DNA of 64,000 bases, from positions 1 through 64,000 of the forward strand of contig JBDHDE010000014.1 of the NCBI GenBank assembly GCA_039591655.1. The letters are read 5' to 3'. The notes beneath the pieces were generated by a model. That model searched no databases. It was not told the DNA's origin and saw only the letters and a list, made by a program, of their open reading frames with translations. The position numbers were made by a program, and so were the translations under genes. Below, piece after piece: positions 57,327 to 64,000 of this stretch (position 1 is its first letter; every line of letters begins with the position of its first letter). The stretch comes from Gemmatimonadota bacterium. GTDB taxonomy: Bacteria > Gemmatimonadota > Gemmatimonadetes > Gemmatimonadales > GWC2-71-9.

Positions 57327-58301
57327 GTGATGAACCCCCGGGACGCCGCGTCCCCTCCCACCGACCGCTCCCTGGACTGCAGCCACCGCGTCCCGGAGCG
57401 GCGGTACGGTCGGGCCCTGCGGCTGGTGCTCGTCATCACCGCCGGCTTCATGGTGGTCGAGTTCGTGGCGGGGTGGCTGGCCAACTCCCTGGCGCTGCTG
57501 GCGGATGCGGGGCACATGCTCACCGACGTCGCCGCCCTAGCGCTGGCGCTATTCGCGGCATGGATCGCGCAGCGCCCCGCCACGCCCGACAAGACGTACG
57601 GCTATCTCCGACTCGAGATCCTAGCGGCGCTCGTCAACGGCGCCGTCCTCTTTCTGGTTGCCGGACTCATCGTGTGGGATGCAGTGGGCCGGCTCGCCGA
57701 TCCTCCGGCGGTGGAGCCGCGGATTCTGTTCGGTGTCGCGAGTGCGGGGCTCGTGGTCAACATCATAGGGGCCTATCTGCTCCACGGAGGCCGCAAGGAA
57801 TCACTGAACATCCGGGGTGCCTACCTCCACGTCCTGGGTGACCTCCTGGGCTCCATCGGCGCCATGGCTGCCGGGGCCGTCATCCTCCTCACCGGCTGGC
57901 TCCTGGCCGATCCCATCATCTCGGTGGGCATCGCCGTGCTCATCCTGGTGGGTGCCTGGCGCCTGGTGCGGGAGAGCGTCGATGTGCTGCTGGAGGCAAC
58001 GCCGCGGCACATCGCCCTGGGCGAGGTGGAGCGGCTCATCGCGACCATCCCGGGGGTGCGGGACGTGCACGACCTCCACGTGTGGACGCTCACCTCCGGG
58101 GTCATCGCCATGAGTGGCCACGCCATCGTGAGCGACCCGGCGAGCGGCCAGCGGGTGCTGGAGACGGTGCAGGAGCGCATGGCCGGGCTCGGGGTGCACC
58201 ACGTCACCATGCAGATCGAACGCAACCACCTCGAGCCCTGCGACCCGGGGAACTCCCCGAATTCCGTGGAGGTTGAGAGGGGGAAAGCCGCTGCCAACTG
58301 A
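57327..58301 (+). CDS. Cation diffusion facilitator (CzcD-like)
   Basis: SLALLADAGHMLTD, TYGYLRLE, LHVLGDLLGS, HDLHVW. Confidence 0.93.
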   Translation: MMNPRDAASPPTDRSLDCSHRVPERRYGRALRLVLVITAGFMVVEFVAGWLANSLALLADAGHMLTDVAALALALFAAWIAQRPATPDKTYGYLRLEILAALVNGAVLFLVAGLIVWDAVGRLADPPAVEPRILFGVASAGLVVNIIGAYLLHGGRKESLNIRGAYLHVLGDLLGSIGAMAAGAVILLTGWLLADPIISVGIAVLILVGAWRLVRESVDVLLEATPRHIALGEVERLIATIPGVRDVHDLHVWTLTSGVIAMSGHAIVSDPASGQRVLETVQERMAGLGVHHVTMQIERNHLEPCDPGNSPNSVEVERGKAAAN

Positions 58302-58362
58302 CCGCTTGCGCGCGGTCCAGGGCGCGGCTAGACTGCCGCTCTCCCAAGCGTTGGGGACACTG

Positions 58363-60243
58363 TTGGATATCCGGAACATCGCGATCATCGCGCACGTCGA
58401 TCACGGCAAGACGACGCTCGTGGACCACATGCTGCGTCAGGCGGGGGTATTCCGCTCGAACCAGCAGGTGGCTGAGCGTGTGCTGGACTCCAACCCGCTG
58501 GAGCGGGAGCGCGGCATCACGATTCTATCGAAGAACGTGTCAGTCCGGTGGGATGGGGTGAAGGTCAACCTCGTGGACACCCCGGGGCACGCCGACTTCG
58601 GGGGCGAGGTGGAGCGCATCCTGCGGATGGTGGATGGAGTGCTCCTGCTGGTAGACGCCGCCGAGGGTCCCATGCCCCAGACCCGGTTCGTCACGCGCAA
58701 GGCTCTGGCGCTGGGTCTGCATCCGGTGGTGGTGATCAACAAGGTGGACCGGGCCGACGCCCGCCCGGCGGAGGTGCACGACGAGATCCTGGAGCTCTTC
58801 ATGGAGCTCGAGGCGTCCAACGAGCAACTCGACGCGCCGTTCATCTACGCCTCGGCGCGCAGCGGGGTCGCCTCCAGCGAGATTGAGGACGTTGGGCGGA
58901 TGTGCTCGCCAGATTCCACGGGAGGGTTCGACCTGCGGCCGCTGTTCACGGCCATCGTGAGCCACGTGCCGGCGCCCTCGGGGAAGGGCGATGGCGCGTT
59001 TCAGATGTTGATCTCGACCCTAGACCACTCGTCTTACATCGGGCGCCTCGGCATCGGGCGGATCGAGCGCGGCGCCGTACGGGTCGGTCAGGAGGTGGCG
59101 CTGCTGCCCCTGGGCGAGGCCGGACCCGTGGGCGAGGAGGAGGCCGAGCGGGCGCGGGTGGTCCAGCTGTACGGGTTCGAGGGAGTGCAACGGGTCGAGT
59201 TGGAGCGGGCGGGGGCCGGCGACATAGTGGCGCTGGCGGGCCTTGAGGGGGTGGAGATCGGCAAGACGGTGACGGACCCGGCGCGGCTCGAGCGGCTCCG
59301 GGGGATCGCCGTGGAGGAGCCCACCATCTCGGTGGACTTCATGGTGAACAACTCTCCCCTTGCCGGACGGGCCGGCAAGTACGTGACCAGCCGGCAGGTG
59401 CGGGAGCGGCTCTATCGGGAGCTCGAGCGCAACATCGCACTCGGCGTAGAGCAGACGGATCAGCCCGACGTGCTCACCGTATCGGGCCGGGGCGAGCTCC
59501 ACCTGGCCATCCTGATGGAGACCATGCGCCGTGAAGGCTACGAGCTCCAGGTGAGCCGGCCGCGGGTGATCACCAGGGAAGGCCCGGACGGGGAGTGCCT
59601 CGAGCCCTACGAGGAGCTGGTGGTGGACGTCCCGGAGGAGATGTTGGGGTGCGTCATGGAGACCCTGGGCCCCCGGCGGGGCGAGCTCCTGGACATGAGG
59701 AATCCCGGGAAGGGCCGGGTGCGGATGCGCTTCCGGGTGCCCGCCCGGGGCCTCTTCGGGTATCGGTCGGAGTTCCTCACCGACACCCGGGGCGAGGGCA
59801 TCATGCACCACCGGTTCCTGGACTACGGGCCGTGGGCGGGGCCCCTCGCCGGCCGCTCCCGCGGTGTCCTTGTGGCGGACCGGGAGGGCCTGGCGGTAGC
59901 TTATGCCCTGTGGAACCTGGCGGAGCGGGCCAGCATGTTCGTGGGGCCCGGGGCGCCGGTGTACGAGGGGATGATCGTGGGGGAGCACGTCAGGACCGGG
60001 GACCTTGACGTGAACGTGACAAGAGGTAAGAAGCTTACCAACATGCGGACCACCGCGTCCGACGAGAACGTCCAGCTCGAGCCACCCAGGGAGATCACCC
60101 TCGAGCTGGCGCTGGAGTACATCGAGGACGACGAGCTGATCGAGATCACGCCGGACGCCATCCGGCTCAGGAAACACGCCCTCGGGGCCATAGACCGCAA
60201 GAAGGCGGCGCGCCGGGCGCGGGCGGCAAACGAGTCTCGTTGA
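58363..60243 (+). CDS. typA: Translational GTPase TypA/BipA
   Basis: IRNIAIIAHVDHGKTTLVD, DTPGHADFGGEVER, GRGELHL, KKLTNMR. TTG start. Confidence 0.97.
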   Translation: MDIRNIAIIAHVDHGKTTLVDHMLRQAGVFRSNQQVAERVLDSNPLERERGITILSKNVSVRWDGVKVNLVDTPGHADFGGEVERILRMVDGVLLLVDAAEGPMPQTRFVTRKALALGLHPVVVINKVDRADARPAEVHDEILELFMELEASNEQLDAPFIYASARSGVASSEIEDVGRMCSPDSTGGFDLRPLFTAIVSHVPAPSGKGDGAFQMLISTLDHSSYIGRLGIGRIERGAVRVGQEVALLPLGEAGPVGEEEAERARVVQLYGFEGVQRVELERAGAGDIVALAGLEGVEIGKTVTDPARLERLRGIAVEEPTISVDFMVNNSPLAGRAGKYVTSRQVRERLYRELERNIALGVEQTDQPDVLTVSGRGELHLAILMETMRREGYELQVSRPRVITREGPDGECLEPYEELVVDVPEEMLGCVMETLGPRRGELLDMRNPGKGRVRMRFRVPARGLFGYRSEFLTDTRGEGIMHHRFLDYGPWAGPLAGRSRGVLVADREGLAVAYALWNLAERASMFVGPGAPVYEGMIVGEHVRTGDLDVNVTRGKKLTNMRTTASDENVQLEPPREITLELALEYIEDDELIEITPDAIRLRKHALGAIDRKKAARRARAANESR

Positions 60244-60278
60244 CCACACTCTAGCTGAAGGAGCGCAGGAGGAGAGCC

Positions 60279-60467
60279 ATGTTGCCCTGGGATCCGTTCT
60301 CGCCTCAGGTCGTGGCTAAGGACGAGGACGAAGATGAGTTGGAGGACGACTTCGAGGAGGACGAGGAGTACGACGAGGACGAGGACGAGTACGACGATTA
60401 CGAGGAGGAGTTCGACGACGCCGATGATGAGCCTCGGCGGGATCGCCGGCGCGGTGATTGGGAGTGA
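60279..60467 (+). CDS. Small highly acidic protein (62 aa)
   Basis: Strong AGGAGG RBS; 34 of 62 residues are D/E; basic C-terminal patch. Confidence 0.7.
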   Translation: MLPWDPFSPQVVAKDEDEDELEDDFEEDEEYDEDEDEYDDYEEEFDDADDEPRRDRRRGDWE

Positions 60468-60597
60468 GTGACCCAGGGCGGGACGGCAGCTGACGGGGAG
60501 GTGTGGCGGAGCGCGAACCGGCCGCGGTGCAGAGGATCGGCGGCCGCTTCGGGGTGGAGCGGCTCGAAGTGATCGTCTAGATTAGAAGGCCCCAAGG

Positions 60598-60671
<74 letters not shown>

Positions 60672-60689
60672 TCCGAGTCAACCAATAGT

Positions 60690-60727
60690 CCCGCTTGACG
60701 TTATCGCGTCAAGCGGGGTTTGCTTTT
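60690..60727 (+). terminator. Rho-independent terminator after tRNA-Ile
   Basis: 11-bp stem CCCGCTTGACG/CGTCAAGCGGG followed by GTTTGCTTTT. Confidence 0.75.
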
Positions 60728-60894
60728 GGGGCTTGAGACGGTATCGCAGTGCATCGACGTAACGAGTGACGGACCGACGGTATTGCGCTGGCTGCGCGAT
60801 ATAGGACTCAAGTGGGTGCACGAAACCGTTTATGCAGCTTGCAGGACGGCCAGCTTGATCCTCCTGTACTGGTCGGTCTTCATGGCGCCCTCCA

Positions 60895-60926
60895 ATGTCG
60901 GGGTCCACTGCAGTGATTTGTTAGGT
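60895..60926 (-). mobile_element. Truncated attC site (left arm only) of cassette B
   Basis: Minus strand ACCTAAC-AAATCACTGCAGTGGAC: R'' box containing the gene's TAA plus a typical L'' region. No matching R' found. Confidence 0.6.
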
Positions 60927-61901
60927 TTTGTCATCATGTTCCACAGTTATGACTACTTTACCTTTATGGTTACCTTCTCCAAAATACCGAATAGCTTCAG
61001 GTACTTCACTTAACTTGTAGGGCCCATCTATCACGGGCTTGACTTTGCCGGCTTCGAAAAGTTCGTTCATATACGCTAAGTCTCTGTTTGGTTTCAGGAG
61101 AACGATACGTACCCTCTTCTTAGTGAACATCGAAATCCACGGCCCCAGGAATAGAGCCTGTAATAGCCGAGCACTAGATCCCCCGACTGTGACATAAATT
61201 CCATTGGGACTTAATGCACGCATGTAATCGAATATTGAACGATTCGTCTTAACATCGAGAATCAGGTCATAACACTGCCCTTTTCTAGTGAAATCTTCTT
61301 TTGTATAGTCAATGACCTGATCAAAGCCCATTGAGCGCAGCATCTCCAGTTTCCCTGGGCTGTCAACACCAGTTACTTCAACACCGTATGATTTGGAAAT
61401 CTGCACTGCAAAAGTACCTACACCCCCGCCCGCACCATTGATCAAGAGCTTTTGTCCTCGTTGGATTTGCCCTTTATCAAGGAGGCCCTGTAGAGCCAGC
61501 ATTGCCGCTTGAGGTATTGCTGCCGCTTCATCGAATGTCATACTGGCTGGTTTGAGCGCTAATGCATTCTCACGAGCACAGACATACTCAGCGAAACCAC
61601 CCCAGTTGCCGCTTAGATCCCCGTAAACTTCATCACCTGGCTGCAACTGCGTTATGTTTTTGCCTACTGCTTCAATTCGCCCTGCTATATCAGAGCCGAG
61701 TATTCTCTTCTTCGGTTTTAGAAGACCGAATGACAGGCGGTTTGTGAAAGGAATACCTTGGAGGAGGCCCCAGTCCCAATCATTAATTGATACCGCATGA
61801 ACTTCTATCAAGACTTCATCGTCCTTGGGAGTAGGTATATCTACCTCTTTCAATTCAAGAACATCAGGTGTGCCGTACTTTGTGTATACAATTGCTTTCA
61901 T
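60921..61901 (-). CDS. MDR-family NAD(P)-dependent oxidoreductase (Zn-independent, RTN4IP1-like), low-GC cassette B
   Basis: MKAIVYTKYG, GSDIAG, GGFAEYV, INGAGGGVG, VIDYTKEDF, GKVVI. Confidence 0.92.
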   Translation of the reverse strand: MKAIVYTKYGTPDVLELKEVDIPTPKDDEVLIEVHAVSINDWDWGLLQGIPFTNRLSFGLLKPKKRILGSDIAGRIEAVGKNITQLQPGDEVYGDLSGNWGGFAEYVCARENALALKPASMTFDEAAAIPQAAMLALQGLLDKGQIQRGQKLLINGAGGGVGTFAVQISKSYGVEVTGVDSPGKLEMLRSMGFDQVIDYTKEDFTRKGQCYDLILDVKTNRSIFDYMRALSPNGIYVTVGGSSARLLQALFLGPWISMFTKKRVRIVLLKPNRDLAYMNELFEAGKVKPVIDGPYKLSEVPEAIRYFGEGNHKGKVVITVEHDDKT

Positions 61902-61980
61902 GTTCTTCCTGCATGATTGCTTTGGACGAGTGATTCTGAGTATGGTTTACCGCATTCTGTCTATCCTATAAATTTGCAAA

Positions 61981-62095
61981 ACCTAACGACTGCGCGTATC
62001 ACACCCGGTGCTAGGACCACTTCCGCTGGCTCCGTACCGATGCTGAACCCAGGGATGCGGCGCGCAGCGCCGTCAGGTGCGTGCCGTTGTTAGAC
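61981..62095 (-). mobile_element. Integron attC site (115 bp)
   Basis: Minus strand GTCTAAC (R'', contains the stop TAA) ... GTTAGGT (R'), imperfect stem, internal GGCGCTGCGCGCC hairpin. Confidence 0.8.
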
Positions 62096-63112
62096 AGCTT
62101 CTCCCGGACTGAGGATCACCTTTCCTCGTGTTTCGTCCTCGATCATGTGCCGAAGAGCCTCGCGAACCTCACTCAGGTGGAAAGTGCTGTCGATGATCGG
62201 CGTGATCTTCCCGGTTTCAAGGAGCTCCCTGAGGTCGGCAGTCGCCTCTTTCTTGGTGAGCATCGGCAGGCCTGGACCTCGCAATTGCTTCACGACGAGT
62301 GAGAGGGCCACGAGCTTGAGTAAATGGGGGATGAGTCCGAACACGCGCTTGCCCAAGGCTCCGAAACCTTCATGCCCGATGGGCACGTATCTCCCGTCGG
62401 GTTCGAGCGCGCGCCGGAAGGCGGAGAATGGGCGGTTCCCCGGGACGTCGAAGATTAGATCGTAGCGAACGCCACGTCGGGTGCAGTCCTCCCGTGTGTA
62501 GTCGACGACTTCGTCTGCCCCGAGTGAGCGAAGCATGTCCAGCTTGCTCGTGCTGTCCACGGCGGTCACGTGTGCGCCTTGAGCCTTCGTGATCTGCAAG
62601 GCGAGCGAACCCACCCCGCCCCCACAACCGTTGATCAGCACCTTCTTCCCCGGTCGCCACTGACTCACGCCGCGGAGGTTCTGTAGAGCGATGAACCCGG
62701 AGGTCGGGACGGAGGCGGCTTGCTCGAACGTCACGTTGTCCGGTTTCAGCGCCAGCAGGTCCTGGTGGACGGAGACATACTCCGCGTAGGCGCCGCCGTG
62801 GATCCATTGCTGCTTCACGATGGTCTCGCCGAACACCGGGTCTCCCGGTCGGAACTGCGTCACGTTGTTGCCGACGGACTCGACGATTCCCGCCATGTCC
62901 GTCCCGGGAATCGGGGTCCTGGGTTTGGAGAACCCACCACCCATCAGGCGAAGGACATAGGGTCGCCCACACACGACGTGCCACACGTCCGGATGGAGCG
63001 AGGCCGCTCGTACGCGCACGAGGACTTCGTCTTCGCCGACCTCCGGCTCGTCGACTTCTCGGAGCTCCAGATCATCAGGAGATCCGTACCTCTCTTGGAC
63101 GATCGCCTTCAT
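62090..63112 (-). CDS. MDR-family NAD(P)-dependent oxidoreductase, cassette A
   Basis: MKAIVQERYG, GTDMAG, GAYAEYV, INGCGGGVG, VVDYTRED, GKVIL. Confidence 0.92.
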   Translation of the reverse strand: MKAIVQERYGSPDDLELREVDEPEVGEDEVLVRVRAASLHPDVWHVVCGRPYVLRLMGGGFSKPRTPIPGTDMAGIVESVGNNVTQFRPGDPVFGETIVKQQWIHGGAYAEYVSVHQDLLALKPDNVTFEQAASVPTSGFIALQNLRGVSQWRPGKKVLINGCGGGVGSLALQITKAQGAHVTAVDSTSKLDMLRSLGADEVVDYTREDCTRRGVRYDLIFDVPGNRPFSAFRRALEPDGRYVPIGHEGFGALGKRVFGLIPHLLKLVALSLVVKQLRGPGLPMLTKKEATADLRELLETGKITPIIDSTFHLSEVREALRHMIEDETRGKVILSPGEAV

Positions 63113-63207
63113 CGCCTCATCGAGTCCCTGAGAATGCCGGCACGAGCGCGAAGAGGTCTTGCCCGCATGCCCAGGCCACTGTCACCGTGGAGTCGAGCAA
63201 CGAAGCT

Positions 63208-63267
63208 GTCTAACTCCTAGTATGTCGCGTCAGACCCAGCCAACCCCTGCTCCCACCGCCGCATAAC
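63208..63267 (-). mobile_element. attI-like (or half-attC) recombination site
   Basis: Minus strand GTTATGC...GACATAC-TAGGA-GTTAGAC. Confidence 0.55.
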
Positions 63268-63336
63268 CCGAACTGCACGCTGCGGTGCGGCTCGCTCCGG
63301 ATGTTCCTTTCCGGTGCCGTTTGCTCCCGGCCCACG

Positions 63337-63714
63337 CTAGTGCCCCTCGTGGGACTCGCTCTTGCTCTTGATCTCGACCAGAATCAGCTCCAGGGGCGCG
63401 TCGGCCAGGTTCCGTGGCAGGTGCTGCCCTCCCTCGATCCAGATCGTCTGCCCGGCCGTGGCGTCGAACCTTTCGGTCTCCCCGTTGGGGAAGGTGAACT
63501 GACCCTGCTGGTCGCTGAGGAAGACGGCAACGCCGTCGGGATGATAGTGCATCACGGATTCCTCATGCGGGCCGTACGTGATCCGGATTACTCGGACGTA
63601 TTCGTTCTCGAACTCCACCTTGTAGTGGTCCGAATCCACCACCACGGGGTCTTGCGCAAGGGCGGGCGCAGCCGCGAGGGGTACGAGAGCCAGGAGCGTT
63701 CTCAGGGCGCGCAT
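63337..63714 (-). CDS. Secreted cupin-domain protein
   Basis: AAGGAG RBS, signal peptide, ENEYVRV, MHYHP, H..RN...ILVEIK. Confidence 0.85.
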   Translation of the reverse strand: MRALRTLLALVPLAAAPALAQDPVVVDSDHYKVEFENEYVRVIRITYGPHEESVMHYHPDGVAVFLSDQQGQFTFPNGETERFDATAGQTIWIEGGQHLPRNLADAPLELILVEIKSKSESHEGH

Positions 63715-63789
63715 CGCTGTCTCCTTCCAGTCAGTTAACTGGGGTGCTTGGTTCACATGAGTGACGTGGACCGCTAGTGCCAACTCGGG

Positions 63790-63999
63790 TCAAGACCCGT
63801 CTCTATCCTCTTCCGCCTCCCGCAGGAACCGCAGCACCTCGGCGGCGAACCGCTCGGGCTCGGGCCAGTTCACGGTGTGCCCTCCTCCGGGGATGACGGC
63901 CTTCCTCGCTCCGGGGATGCCATAGGTGAGCGCATGTGCCACGACACGGAAGTACGGCATCTCGTATTGCCCGTGGATCACGAGGGTAGGCGCCTTCAC
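63790..63999 (-). CDS. Alpha/beta hydrolase, C-terminal part (gene starts beyond the window)
   Basis: PTLVIHG, IPGARKAVIPGGGH, EPERFAAEVLRFL. Confidence 0.8.
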   Translation of the reverse strand: MKAPTLVIHGQYEMPYFRVVAHALTYGIPGARKAVIPGGGHTVNWPEPERFAAEVLRFLREAEEDRDGS

Positions 64000-64000
64000 T

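Noticed and set aside
60757..60763. GTTACGT (minus) as R' box completing the cassette B attC
   Set aside because: It deviates from GTTRRRY and shows no complementarity to the left arm.
63337..63999. Cupin and hydrolase genes as further cassettes
   Set aside because: No R''/R' boxes flank them and their GC is closer to the host.

Overview
A high-GC (about 70% by eye) bacterial chromosome segment. The gene set and protein style suggest Gemmatimonadota, which is an inference. A core region of about 59 kb lies between tRNA-Asn(GTT) (1100-1172, -) and tRNA-Ile(GAT) (60598-60671, +). It carries wza-like export, uvrA, a triple-FHA/PP2C module, an HD hydrolase, pckA, a metal-uptake cluster, surE, nfo, pcm, two tripartite efflux systems (RND and YbhGFSR-like), a long lepA-ROK-PfkB-HATPase-STAS/wHTH-PLP enzyme-ftsEX-envC run, ggt, an M28 peptidase, DUF58/BatA, mfd-PPIase-surA-pdxA, hlyC/corC, a CDF transporter and typA. 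Accessory DNA lies beyond the 3' end of both tRNAs. Main signals: (1) an integron-type cassette array with no integrase in the window, next to tRNA-Ile, holding two homologous MDR oxidoreductase cassettes of very different GC, with attC sites and an attI-like site; (2) an uncharacterised HATPase kinase paired with a STAS-like/wHTH protein; (3) two internal deletions 3.2 kb apart, one collapsing an alkaline phosphatase gene that the ORF track does not show and one frameshifting a metal permease; (4) a 9-Cys, 2x CxxCH microprotein; (5) repeated leaderless-type promoter geometry and a probable CTG start for nfo. All calls come from motif reading only; no searches were run.
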